The translations under genes were made by a program, and so were the position numbers. From contig BTUM01000075.1 in assembly GCA_045863235.1 (NCBI GenBank), positions 1-38,933 of the forward strand: a stretch of 38,933 nt of DNA, given 5' to 3'. The notes beneath the pieces were generated by a model that had not been told where the DNA came from, searched no databases, and saw only the letters and a program-made list of their open reading frames with translations. Of the stretch, positions 1 through 11,860 are shown piece by piece. The stretch's first letter is position 1. The number at the start of each line of letters is the position of its first letter. The stretch is from Candidatus Xenobia bacterium. Lineage in GTDB: Bacteria; Vulcanimicrobiota; Xenobia; Xenobiales; QWHO01.

Positions 1-560
1 GGGCGGCAGGGCAGTCTCTCCGGACTCGGTCCCGGCGGTTTCGCCCGAGTCCAGCCTGGGAAGCGATGGGAGGGCAGGCTCGCCCAAGTCCAATCTGGGC
101 AAGGGCGGCAGGGCAGTCTCTCCGGACTCGGTCCCGGCGGTTTCGCCCGAGTCCAGCTTGGGAAGCGGGGGGAGGGTCGGCTCGCCCGAGTCCAACCTGG
201 GAAGCGGGGGCAGGGTCGTCTCAGCGGATTCGACGGGCTCACCCGAGTCCAGCCTGGGAAGCGGGGGCAGGGTCGTCTCTGCGGAGTCGACGGTTTCGCC
301 CGAGTCCAGCCTCGGGAGCGAGGGGAGGGCCGGCTCGCCCGAGTCCAGCCTGGGAAGCGGGGGCAGGGTCGTCTCTGCGGGGTCGACGGTTTCGCCCGAG
401 TCCAGCCTGGGGAGCGAAGGGAGGGCAGGCTCGCCCGAGTCCAGCCTGGGAAGGGGGGGCAGGGCAGTCTCTCCGGAGTCGACCCGGGCGGTTTCGCCCG
501 AGCCCCGCCTGGGCAAGGGCGGCGAAGTCTCGGCCCTGGCTGCTTCGCCCGAGTCCACTT
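1..560. repeat. Coding tandem repeat, ~11 copies of core TCGCCCGAGTCCAGCCTGGG
   Basis: Core starts at 41, 80, 143, 182, 239, 296, 335, 392, 431, 494 and 545. Spacings of 39/51/57/63 nt are all multiples of 3. Confidence 0.9.
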
Positions 561-801
561 TGGAAAGCGGCGCGGCCTCCAACCGGGGCAGGGGCGCAGG
601 AAGCGTGGCCTCGCCTGAATCACGCCGCGGGATGGCACTCTCCGGCGGGCGGGAAGGCACCCCGTTGGCCATCCCGTACTTGTGATAGAGCGGGTCGAGG
701 GCCGGGTCGGACTCGTACGACTGAAGACGCTTCAACAGACCGGCCATGGCCTCGCGGAAGCGTGCCTCTACGGATCCTTCCTGACCGAGGGAATCTCCCA
801 C
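1..801 (-). CDS. Proline-rich tandem-repeat protein, runs off the left edge (partial; not in the ORF track)
   Basis: Open minus-strand frame from GTG 801: MGDSLGQEGSVEARFREAMAGLLKRLQSYESDPALDPLYHKYG..., then repeated LP(P/S)LPRLDSGE(P/T) units down to base 1 with no stop. Start codon uncertain. Confidence 0.7.
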   Translation of the reverse strand, partial: MGDSLGQEGSVEARFREAMAGLLKRLQSYESDPALDPLYHKYGMANGVPSRPPESAIPRRDSGEATLPAPLPRLEAAPLSKVDSGEAARAETSPPLPRRGSGETARVDSGETALPPLPRLDSGEPALPSLPRLDSGETVDPAETTLPPLPRLDSGEPALPSLPRLDSGETVDSAETTLPPLPRLDSGEPVESAETTLPPLPRLDSGEPTLPPLPKLDSGETAGTESGETALPPLPRLDLGEPALPSLPRLDSGETAGTESGETALPP

Positions 802-942
802 GGCGGCCTGCCCATCCTTTCCCAGCCCTGACAATGCTTGAAAGTAATTCCAGCCCAGAAGTGAAGTTCCTCTCGGCCGCGTCCCGGTTTCGTCAGAAGT
901 GCTCGCCGCCCCTGTTTCCCCCGGGCTGCCCGGCCCAATCCG

Positions 943-1560
943 TCAGCGAAAAGAGACCACCATCTGGTCGACCCAGGGGTCGAGCTTCTGGGCCGCTGGC
1001 TTGTCGGATTGCACTTCCTGGTCGCCGGTCAAACTTTCCATTTCCTGGGAGGTGAGCTTGTCTCTGCGGGCGGTCTCGGCGCAGAGCCGCAGAGCGAGTC
1101 CGTACGGCTTTTTGTCGAGAGCGCCCTCGTTCCAGCCGGTCACGTTGCCACCGTAGTCCCAGCCGAAGCCCAGGAAGGTGATCGGCTTGCCGTTCAACTG
1201 CTCGAGCTTGCTAAGCCGGGTGCCCAGCGTGATCCCGTCCACCGACCTCCACTCAGAAACCGACCCGGTGAGTTTGACCAGCTCGATTTTCGTCTTGCCC
1301 TGGTCTTTCCAGACGACAGCCAGACGCTTCTTGGGATCCTTCGGATAGACCAGCGTGCCCGGAGCCGTCTGCCCTTCCACCAGGTAGACCTTCTCGTCGC
1401 GCAGGTTCTCCTTGCCGAACACTCGCTCCAGGTCAGAGCGGGTGGTGGTCGCGGTGATGGGACCGACCCGCTTGCCCGGCACGATCAGCCAGTCGTTCTG
1501 GCTGGCCGCGGCCATCCCCATCACCAGGGTCAACAGCAGACCGCAGAGGGTAAGGCGCAT
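943..1560 (-). CDS. Exported hypothetical protein
   Basis: ATG at 1560 overlaps the upstream stop (TGATG). Signal-peptide-like MRLTLCGLLLTLVMGMAAA is followed by a globular domain (WLIVPGKRVGPI...GFGWDYGG). Confidence 0.75.
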   Translation of the reverse strand: MRLTLCGLLLTLVMGMAAASQNDWLIVPGKRVGPITATTTRSDLERVFGKENLRDEKVYLVEGQTAPGTLVYPKDPKKRLAVVWKDQGKTKIELVKLTGSVSEWRSVDGITLGTRLSKLEQLNGKPITFLGFGWDYGGNVTGWNEGALDKKPYGLALRLCAETARRDKLTSQEMESLTGDQEVQSDKPAAQKLDPWVDQMVVSFR

Positions 1561-2858
1561 CAAAGCCTCCAATAACTCACGCCGGAGTTGACCGCCTGGC
1601 CGTCCAGCGTTCCTTTGAGGTCGACCACGACTCCGGCCGGAGGACCCTCGACCAGACCCACGTAGTCCTCGGTCTTCCGCTCTTTGAATTCGCTGTGGGG
1701 AACGGCCAGCACCAGCGCGTGGTAGCGATGCTTGCCGTCGAAGGGATTGGCCACGGCGTTGAGACCGCACTTTTTAAGTCCCGCCTCGCCCACCAGCGGA
1801 TCGTGGACCTCGACGTCCACGGTGTAGGTCTCCAACTCACGGATCAGGTCGAAGACCTTGCTGTTGCGCAGGTCCTTGACGTCGGGCTTGAAGGTGCAGC
1901 CCATGATCAGCACCCGCGAGTGGCGCACCGGAATTCCCGCGGCGATGAGCAGCTTGACCGTTTCGCCGGCCACGTAGGCGCCCATCCCGTCATTGATGCG
2001 GCGACCAGCCAGGATCATCATCGGATGGTAGCCCAGCACTTCGGCTTTGTGGGTCAGATAGTAAGGGTCGACCGGGATGCAGTGACCTCCGACCAGGCCC
2101 GGCTCGAAGGCCAGGAAGTTCCACTTGGTGCCGGCCGCCCGGAGCACTTCGGTGGTATCGATGCCCATGCGGTGGAACAGCATGGCCAGCTCGTTCATCA
2201 GAGCGATGTTCAGGTCGCGCTGCACGTTCTCGATCACCTTGGCCGCCTCGGCGGTGCGGATCGTAGGAGCCCGGTAGACCCCGGGCTCCACGATGGCGCT
2301 GTATGTGGCGGCCACCTTCTCGAGGCTGCGCTCATCCTGAGCCGAGACGATCTTGATGATGTTCTCCAGGCTGTGCTTGTGGTCGCCGGGATTGATGCGC
2401 TCGGGAGAGTAGCCCACAAAGAAATTCACCCCGGCCTTCAAACCGGATTCGTGCTCCAGCACGGGCACGCAATCTTCCTCGGTGCAACCAGGATAGACGG
2501 TGGACTCGAAAACCACCACCGCTCCAGGACGTAAATTCTGGCCCACCAGGCGGCTGGCGCTGAGCAGCGGCGTGAGGTCGGGGCGATGGGCCTCGTCCAC
2601 CGGGGTGGGAACGGCCACGATCACGAAATCGGCCTCCCGCAGCATGAGCGGGTCGCAGGTGTAGGTGAGCTTGGGCGCCTTGACCCGGTCGGGGGGCACA
2701 TCGTTGTTGTCGTCCACCCCGTGGTTCAAGCGCTGCACGCGGCGCTCGTTGATGTCAAAGCCGATGGTGGGTAGCACCTGGCCGAACGCTGTCGCGAGCG
2801 GCAAGCCTACGTAGCCCAATCCGACGACCGCGACTTTCTCTGGAAGACCCTCAGACAC
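1560..2858 (-). CDS. Nucleotide-sugar dehydrogenase (UDP-GlcNAc/GalNAc 6-dehydrogenase, WbpO/TviB-like)
   Basis: Rossmann motif VVGLGYVGLP, ESTVYPG, YSPERINPGD, KVIENVQRD and catalytic GGHCIPVDPYYL. Confidence 0.95.
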   Translation of the reverse strand: MSEGLPEKVAVVGLGYVGLPLATAFGQVLPTIGFDINERRVQRLNHGVDDNNDVPPDRVKAPKLTYTCDPLMLREADFVIVAVPTPVDEAHRPDLTPLLSASRLVGQNLRPGAVVVFESTVYPGCTEEDCVPVLEHESGLKAGVNFFVGYSPERINPGDHKHSLENIIKIVSAQDERSLEKVAATYSAIVEPGVYRAPTIRTAEAAKVIENVQRDLNIALMNELAMLFHRMGIDTTEVLRAAGTKWNFLAFEPGLVGGHCIPVDPYYLTHKAEVLGYHPMMILAGRRINDGMGAYVAGETVKLLIAAGIPVRHSRVLIMGCTFKPDVKDLRNSKVFDLIRELETYTVDVEVHDPLVGEAGLKKCGLNAVANPFDGKHRYHALVLAVPHSEFKERKTEDYVGLVEGPPAGVVVDLKGTLDGQAVNSGVSYWRL

Positions 2859-2917
2859 GCAAACCGACTCCTTGTTTGGAATGGGGCGCGTGCTTCTGGT
2901 TCAGCCCAGCGGATCCT

Positions 2918-4228
2918 TCAGGCTGCCCACAGAGTCTGGGTGAAGTTCTTCCAGGAAGCGGGAAGGTTGGGCGTATCTCGGTAGGCTCCCATCTCAGGGC
3001 TCCCCTCCAGCCAGGGCGTGTCCTTCTTGAGGTAGGAGACGCCCGAGGCATTCTCATAGCCTTCGCCGGTGGCGCGGGCCACGATCATCGACTCCAGAGC
3101 CTGGTGGGCCTGCTGGGCGGCGGCGCGGGTCTCGGGCGCAAGGTCTTTTCCGTCCAGTGCCTTGAGGAAACTGCCCAGGTCGGAGAAGTTCAGCATGAAT
3201 CGCTCCAGGAACAGGATGCCTGGCTGCGGGAACTTCCCGGCCTCGCGGGCGGCCTCCTGGATCTCGTCGCGCTTGCCGCGGCCGAGCTCGGCCAGGAGCT
3301 CGTTGCCCAGTTTGTCGAGCGAGGCGTTGACGGCTGGGAGCCGGTCCAGGTCGAAGGCGGCCAGGGTTTGCACCTGGCCGGTGGCCCCCGCCAGCTCGAC
3401 CATCTTGCGGCCGATCTCCTGGGGAGTCCCGCCCTGAGCGCTGGCGCTGACCAGCATGTCCTTCAGGGGGAGAGCCTCGCAGTTGAGCACCTCCTCGGAG
3501 AGGACCGCCACCCGCGCGGTCCCGCTCAGGTGCTCGAGGGTCTCGAGGTTCCCCATCAGGCAAGACTCCATGACCAGAACGTCGGGCTTCTGTCCGGTCT
3601 GCTGGTTGGCTTCGTGCAGGGCCAGAGCTACACGCCCGGTGGGCATGGAGGCCACCTGGCGGAAGCCCAGCCCGTGCCCGCTCACATAGATCACGTTGGT
3701 GGCCTGGCGATCCATGTTGGCGGCGAAGTAGCTGGCCAACTCGCTGGTCGTGGGTGGGCGGTTGGAATCTTGCGATTGCAGGACCGTGGAGGCAATACCC
3801 GGCTTGTCGTCTGCGCTCACCTGGTAGATGCGGCGGCCTGACCAGTCGCCATCAGGCAGGCAGGCCCGATGGTGGCGGGCCGATTCTAACTCGCCAAGTC
3901 CCTGGCGGGTCAGGCCCAGCGCGTACATACCGGCTGCCCCCACCAGCCCGATGCCAAGACCGACCACTCCGCCGATGGCAAAGCCCGCCACCGGCAGCGC
4001 CGCCTGAACGCCCAGGATGCTGAGCCCCTTGATGACCTTGCCGGTGGGGTTGGAGCCTTTGCGGGTCACCCCGGCCGTGATGCTCAGATCGGGGCCGGCC
4101 TGCTGTCTGGCTTCCTCGAACTCATCCAGACGGCGGGCCAGGAACGGCTCCACCACTTCCTCGGAAGCGTCGATGTGGGCGATGACGTTGACCTTCTGGG
4201 CAGACTGGGGCAGCGAGTGGATCTGCAT
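2918..4228 (-). CDS. Clostripain-like (peptidase C11) cysteine peptidase without a Sec signal
   Basis: His motif YVSGHGLG, Cys motif VMESCLMGNLE and downstream LSEEV. ATG 4228 follows an AAAGGT RBS. One internal hydrophobic Gly-rich segment. Confidence 0.7.
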   Translation of the reverse strand: MQIHSLPQSAQKVNVIAHIDASEEVVEPFLARRLDEFEEARQQAGPDLSITAGVTRKGSNPTGKVIKGLSILGVQAALPVAGFAIGGVVGLGIGLVGAAGMYALGLTRQGLGELESARHHRACLPDGDWSGRRIYQVSADDKPGIASTVLQSQDSNRPPTTSELASYFAANMDRQATNVIYVSGHGLGFRQVASMPTGRVALALHEANQQTGQKPDVLVMESCLMGNLETLEHLSGTARVAVLSEEVLNCEALPLKDMLVSASAQGGTPQEIGRKMVELAGATGQVQTLAAFDLDRLPAVNASLDKLGNELLAELGRGKRDEIQEAAREAGKFPQPGILFLERFMLNFSDLGSFLKALDGKDLAPETRAAAQQAHQALESMIVARATGEGYENASGVSYLKKDTPWLEGSPEMGAYRDTPNLPASWKNFTQTLWAA

Positions 4229-4289
4229 GGGGATACCTTTCAGTGAAGATGAAGCGAAGTGCAGGAGCTTGCGCCGACAGGCAGAGCCT

Positions 4290-4895
4290 TCAGCACGGAA
4301 CGCTCCCCAGATTCGGGGCCAGGACACGAGACAGGAACGGGCTTCCAGCGCAAGTGGCGCCGACCTGAGCGGCGACCGCCTCTTCTTCCACCTTCCAGGC
4401 CTGGACCGGCCGGGCCGTTCGGAGAACGAACGCCGGACACCAGGCGGGTGGCCGCTGGATGGAGAGGCGGATCAAAGGTTGCGAGGTTGAGCGCAGCGCC
4501 AGGCGGGCCGGAGCGAGCAGCAGCGGGCGCATCATGCGCCGACTGAGCTTCCAGGCCAGCAAGGCCAGAGCCTTGCGCCTGCGCAAACGGGCCTGGGCAC
4601 AGCCTTGCTCGGCCTGAATCAGGCTGGTCTGGGCAAACAGGAGCTTGCGGATGGCCTTGTGCTTGCGACCCGACATCCGGGGCTTGGTGTGGCCGGTTCG
4701 CCGCTTGGTGCATCCCTTCCGTCGCCGCGCTTGCGGGCCTTTGCGAGGTTGGACTTGAGCCCCCTTCGAGAGGCCTTTGGCCTGCTTGCGGGCGGCCCTG
4801 GCCACGGTCTTGGGACAGGCGCCGGCCGTCTTGAGGCGGGTCTTGCTGGTGCACGAAGTTGTCGATGGAGTGTGGTGGTGGACGTTGCTTAGCAT
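4290..4895 (-). CDS. Highly basic (K/R-rich) hypothetical protein
   Basis: ATG with a GGGGAG RBS and a TATACT -10 element just upstream. No recognisable domain. Confidence 0.5.
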   Translation of the reverse strand: MLSNVHHHTPSTTSCTSKTRLKTAGACPKTVARAARKQAKGLSKGAQVQPRKGPQARRRKGCTKRRTGHTKPRMSGRKHKAIRKLLFAQTSLIQAEQGCAQARLRRRKALALLAWKLSRRMMRPLLLAPARLALRSTSQPLIRLSIQRPPAWCPAFVLRTARPVQAWKVEEEAVAAQVGATCAGSPFLSRVLAPNLGSVPC

Positions 4896-4913
4896 GTGGA
4901 TCTCCCCAGCGCT

Positions 4914-4956
4914 AGTATAGAGTGCCTCCTCCCCGCCGGGGTTTCCGGGATGTTGC
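4914..4956 (-). promoter_or_regulatory. Promoter GCAAC-n6-GAAAC-n21-TATACT
   Basis: Read directly on the minus strand. Same geometry recurs at 34947, 37723 and 37845. Confidence 0.6.
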
Positions 4957-5120
4957 TCTTCTGCAAGTTTGCAGGTTCTCAGCCCATCGACTGGAGGAGA
5001 ATCGGCACCGGCGCGGGCGTTTTCAGGGGAACACTGACGTAGAAGGAGGATTTCTCCCTATGGTAATTCAAAGAGTGAGGCCACGACTCTGGGCAGGTTG
5101 CATAATTAAGGTGGAAGCAC

Positions 5121-5615
5121 TTGGAAACCTCACTTGATCTCAAGGATCGGCAGTTGCTGGCTATTCTCCAGGAGGATGGGCGCCTCAAGCGCAACGAGCT
5201 GGCAGAACGCGTAGGCCTCTCGCTCCCGGCCGTCAGCGAGCGGATGCGCAAGCTAGAGGCCCGCGGTATCATTCAGGGCTATCACGCCGTGGTGAACCAC
5301 CAGGCCCTGGGCTTTGACCTGACCGCCTTCATCCGGGTCTCGGTGGACGGTTCCTCGCATTACAAGGATTTTGTGGCGCGGGCGGTGGAGTTGCCCGAGG
5401 TCCAGGAGTGCCACTCGATTACCGGCGACGGCTCCCACCTGCTCAAGATTCGCACCCTGAATACCGCCTCGCTGGAGCGATTGCTCTCCACGCTGCAGGG
5501 GTGGCCGGGGGTGAAACGTACCGATACGAGCATCGTGCTGTCCAGCTTCAAAGAGACCCGCTCCGTGCCGGGCACCGTCCCTCGGGACAAGACCCGAGAA
5601 AAGACCGGGGTTTGA
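5121..5615 (+). CDS. Lrp/AsnC family transcriptional regulator
   Basis: LDLKDRQLLAILQEDGR, HTH (LAERVGLSLPAVSERMRKLEARGIIQGY) and RAM domain (EVQECHSITGD). Confidence 0.95.
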   Translation: METSLDLKDRQLLAILQEDGRLKRNELAERVGLSLPAVSERMRKLEARGIIQGYHAVVNHQALGFDLTAFIRVSVDGSSHYKDFVARAVELPEVQECHSITGDGSHLLKIRTLNTASLERLLSTLQGWPGVKRTDTSIVLSSFKETRSVPGTVPRDKTREKTGV

Positions 5616-5621
5616 GCCTGG

Positions 5622-5642
5622 AGCCGGAAACGTTTTCCGGCT
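5622..5642 (+). terminator. Hairpin after the Lrp gene, possible terminator
   Basis: AGCCGGAAA-cgt-TTTCCGGCT inverted repeat 6 nt after the stop codon. No clear U-tract. Confidence 0.4.
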
Positions 5643-5772
5643 GCGCGACGCCCAACATACTGGGCTAGAAGTCCGGCCCATCTCTCGGAGGCCCCTGCGA
5701 CACCACAGGGGGGGATTGCAGCCGGACTTCTTAGCAGGGGACCTCGCCCGCGCGCGGTATACTCAGCCCGTC

Positions 5773-6075
5773 ATGCGCCGTGCCGTCTTTTGCTACGAGT
5801 CCGACCGGCTGGCCGAGCTGCTCGAGCTCGAGCCAGTGCTGCTCGTCGTCCCGGAGCGCCTGCGCTCCCAACTGTCCCTCGTGGACCAGCGGGGGGTCCC
5901 TTCGCTCTGTCTCTACGGGGCGGACGGGTGGCAGCGCCCGCTCGAGCAGGCTCGTCCTGAGCAGGTTTTGCTGTTGGGAGCCCCGGGCGATTTGAAGGCC
6001 GAGTTACTCCTGGCGGGCTACCCGGTGGAGAGCTGGCAGGAGCTGCCCGAATCCAGCCGGAAGGCTCCCGAATGA
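5773..6075 (+). CDS. Small hypothetical protein leading the mutase operon
   Basis: ATG 5773 follows TATACT (5758-5763). Its stop overlaps the mutA ATG (ATGA). Alternative start at 5716. Confidence 0.55.
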   Translation: MRRAVFCYESDRLAELLELEPVLLVVPERLRSQLSLVDQRGVPSLCLYGADGWQRPLEQARPEQVLLLGAPGDLKAELLLAGYPVESWQELPESSRKAPE

Positions 6076-7699
6076 GCCAGATCCCGCCCTACGACTCCGA
6101 CCCTTTTCCCTTACCCAGCCTGGAAGAGTGGCAGAAGGCAGCCGGCCACTCGCTGGAGTGGAGCAGCCACGACGGCTTGAAGCTCTCGGCCCTCTATCAC
6201 CAGGGGCCTCAAGCTCCCGCGGCTCGAACCGCCGCTCGCCCCTGGCTCATCCGTGAAGACTTCAGCCACACCATCCCTGCCGTTGTGGGCAAGTCGGTGC
6301 GGGCCTCGCTGGAGGGCGGGGCAACCACCGTGGGCCTGTTGCAGGACGAAGCCGGCCGTCGCGGCTGGGACCCGGATCAGTCCGAGGCTGACAGCCTGGT
6401 CGGTCGGGGTGGAATCTCCATCTCCACGGTGCCCGACCTGCGCACGGCCCTGGACACGTATCCCTGGAACAGCCACAGCATGCACCTGGAGGTGGGAGCC
6501 AGCGGAGCTCCCATGCTGGGCATCCTGGTGGGTCTGGCCATCGAGCGTGGAGCTGATTTTCCCCGTCTGAGCGCCACCGTGGGCTGCGATCCGCTGGGCG
6601 AGCTGGCGCGTGCCGGTCGGCTCGACTGGGAGCTCGACGACCTCTACCGAGAGGCCGCCACCGGCTTTCTCTACGCCCGCGAGTTCTGTCCCAACGTCAA
6701 GGTCATGGGGATCAACACCGAAGCCTACCATGAGGCGGGTGCTACCGCGGTTCAGGAGCTCGCTCTGGGGCTGGCCACCGGTCTGGAATACTTCCGCAAG
6801 CTGCAGGCTCACGGCCTCAAGCCGGCCGAGGCAGCCCGAGCGCTGGCATTCTCGTGGTCGATGTCGGGCGATCTGTTCACCCAGGTGGCCAAGCTGCGGG
6901 CCGCTCGCGGCCTGTGGAACCGCCTGCTCGGTCTTTTCGGGGTTCCCGAGCAGGATCGGGTCAGTTTCTTCCATGCGCGTACGGGCCTTGCCACCCATTC
7001 CTGGCTCGATCCGCACAGCAACCTGCTGCGCAGCGCGCTGGCCGGCTTCGCTGCCGTGCTCGGAGGGGCCGACTCGGTGGAGGTGGCTCCCTTCGATCGT
7101 CACCTCGAGCACGCCAGCAACGATCCCGACGCCGCCCGCCTGGCCCGCAACCAGCAGCTCTTGATGCTGTATGAGGCCCAACTGCACCGGGTGAAGGATC
7201 CTGCCGCCGGCTCCTACTATCTCGAGCAGCTCACCCAGGAGCTGGCCTCTCGCACCTGGGACGATCTGCAAGATCTGGAGCTGCCGGCCGCTCTGCTCGA
7301 CGGGCGGGTGGCCAGGCTGCTGGCCGAAACCGGCCACAACCGGCGCGAGCGCGTCAGCGATGGCCTGGATGTGCTGGTGGGAGTGAACCGTTATCCCCTC
7401 CAGCCACCTCCTCAGCCGCCGGTGCCCTTCGACCAGGCGGCCATGCAGGCCGACCGGCGCGAGCACATGGGGCGGGTTCGCAACGGGCGCGACGGCGGCG
7501 ACGTGGCCCACCGGCTCAACCGGGTGGCCACCGTGGCCGGCTCGCTCGATCCGGCCCTCATCGACGCTGTGGCCCAGGCCGCCCGGGTGGGCGCCACGCT
7601 GGGCGAGATCACCCGGGCCATCCGCAAACCGGCCATCACGCCGCTGGAGATTCCCCCCATCGAGAAACGTTGTCTGGCCCATCCGCTGGAGGTACGCGC

Positions 7700-7703
<4 letters not shown>
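6072..7703 (+). CDS. mutA: Methylmalonyl-CoA mutase small (beta) subunit
   Basis: [51 protein letters not shown] and LVGVNRY. Lacks the DxHxxG motif. Coupled to the large subunit. Confidence 0.9.
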
Positions 7704-9826
<2,123 letters not shown>

Positions 9827-10975
9827 GCTGCTCGAGGGCGACCGGGGAGCCCTGGCCCGGGCGGTCACCCTGCTCGAGAGCAAAAGGAGCGAACATCGAC
9901 GCCAGGCAGCCGAGCTGCTGGCCTCGCTGCCACCGGCTGATTCGTTCCGGGTGGGCATCACCGGCCCCCCGGGCGTGGGCAAGAGCACCCTGGTGGAGGC
10001 CCTGGGCCTGGAGCTCATCGCCCGCGGCCACCGGGTGGCCGTGCTGGCCGTCGATCCGAGCAGCCCTCTCACCGGGGGCAGCATCCTCGGCGACAAGACC
10101 CGCATGGAGCGATTGTCGGTGGAGCCAAGAGCTTACGTGCGTCCCAGTCCCAGCGGTAACATCAGCGGCGGCGTGGCCCGGGCCACCCGGGCCACGGTGC
10201 GCCTGGTGGAGGCGGCCGGCTACGACCGCGTGCTGGTGGAGACGGTCGGAGTCGGACAGTCGGAGGTGGCCGTGCGCGAGGTGGTGGATTGCGTGCTGCT
10301 GCTGGCCCAGTGCGGAGCCGGGGACGAGTTGCAGGGGATCAAGCGCGGCACGCTGGAGCTGGCTGACCTGGTGGCCGTCCCCCGCCTGGATCGCGACCCC
10401 GGGCTGGTGCGCGAGACCGTTCTATCGCTGCGCGGCTCGCTGGCCCACCTGTCTCCCACCGCTCCGGATTGGGAGACGCAGGTGCTGGCTTGCTCGGGGG
10501 TGACCGGGGAGGGGATCGGCGAGCTCTGCGACCGGCTGGAGGCGTTCCGTTCTCTGGGGTTGAGCGCAGCGCGGCGCCGCCGGCAGGAGGCTCAGGCGCT
10601 CGACCGGGAGCTGGACGAGCGCCTGCGGGAAGCCTTTCTGGCCCGGCCAGGGATGGCCGAGAAGCTGGCGGGGATCCGCCGGCGGTTGGAGGCGGGGGAT
10701 CTGTCTCTGGAGGCCGGGCTGGGCGAGTTGGGGCTCTGATGCAAAACCGGTTGTGGTGTCGAAGCAAAGCTCCGCCACGTGCAGGGCATCAGCCTGCTAC
10801 ACGATCTGTTGAGCGCAGGATGATGCAAACGCCCTCTTCGAGGACTCTTGCACTGGGGCGCGCAACTGGAGAGCATAGCGCCTGCTCGGAACAAGTTTCC
10901 CGGCAAGTTGCGGCGCTGGAAAGCTCGAAGCTTCCGGCGGGAACTTCACCCCCCGATTGCGCATTGCATTAACAA

Positions 10976-11860
10976 ATGGACTGGCTCCGCGAGTATGGCT
11001 CTGCCGTCGTCTTCCTGCTGGCTCTGGCCGACGGGCTGAACCTGCCTATCCCCTCCAGTGCCGTGTTGCTGGCGGCTGGCGGGCTGGCCGCCCAGGGAGA
11101 GCTCAACCTGGTGGCGGTGCTGATCGCCGCGGTGGCCGGAGTTTTCCTGGGGAACCTGCCCTGGTATTTCCTGGGGCGGCGCATGGGATCGCGGGTTCTG
11201 CTGGTCTTGTGCAAGCTGTCCCTGAATTCCAGCAGTTGCATCGGGCGGATGGAGAGTATGTACCGACGCTATGGCCCGGTCTCCCTGGTAGGGGCTCGCT
11301 TCATCCCGGGCCTGGCGGCCATCGCGCCGCCTCTGGCCGGAGCCAGCGGGCTGCCCCCTCGCAAGTATCTGCTCTTCGACTTTCTGGGCGCGGTGGTGTT
11401 CTCGGGGACTCTGCTGCTGGGCGGGACCTTCTTCGGGGACCTCTTCAGCCGGGTTCGAGAGAGCCCGCCCGACCCCGCCACGCTGCTGGGCCTGCTGGGG
11501 TTGGCCGTGCTGGCCGTGCTGCTGGTCAAAGTGGCGCTGCGTATCAAGGATTTGCATCTGTCCGTGCCCCGCATGACCCCTCAGGAGCTGAAGAGACGCC
11601 TCGACCGGGGCGATCGGGTCCTGCTCGTCGATGCCCGCGCCGAGTCGATGCGCAACCTGCCGCCCTGGAAGCTGCCCGGAGCGGTCTACGAGGTGGGTGA
11701 CCCGGGCGAGGGCCTGGTGGTCACCTACTGTGAATGCCCGCACGAAGCTTCGGCGGCCTTGCTGGCCAGGAGTCTGCCGGCAGGGCGGGCCTATGCTCTC
11801 AAGGGAGGCATGACGGCCTGGGAAAAGGCTGGCTTTGCCCGCGAGGCCGTGAGTCCGTGA
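10976..11860 (+). CDS. DedA/VTT family membrane protein fused to a rhodanese-like domain
   Basis: LPIPSSAVLLAAG, WYFLGRRMG and ARFIPGL, followed by LVDAR...VVTYCECP...ALKGGMTAW. Confidence 0.9.
   Translation: MDWLREYGSAVVFLLALADGLNLPIPSSAVLLAAGGLAAQGELNLVAVLIAAVAGVFLGNLPWYFLGRRMGSRVLLVLCKLSLNSSSCIGRMESMYRRYGPVSLVGARFIPGLAAIAPPLAGASGLPPRKYLLFDFLGAVVFSGTLLLGGTFFGDLFSRVRESPPDPATLLGLLGLAVLAVLLVKVALRIKDLHLSVPRMTPQELKRRLDRGDRVLLVDARAESMRNLPPWKLPGAVYEVGDPGEGLVVTYCECPHEASAALLARSLPAGRAYALKGGMTAWEKAGFAREAVSP

Noticed and set aside
1..560. Possible CRISPR array or REP cluster
   Set aside because: The 'spacers' are themselves repeated, all periods are multiples of 3, the minus frame is open, and no cas genes are present. 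It is a coding repeat.
66..1055. Plus-strand ORFs 66-1055 and 158-685
   Set aside because: Shadow frames of the minus-strand repeat gene; 66-1055 also overlaps the 943-1560 gene.
5616..5772. Cobalamin riboswitch upstream of the B12-dependent mutase operon
   Set aside because: No recognisable B12-box or conserved core by eye, only a simple hairpin. An Infernal/Rfam scan would be decisive.
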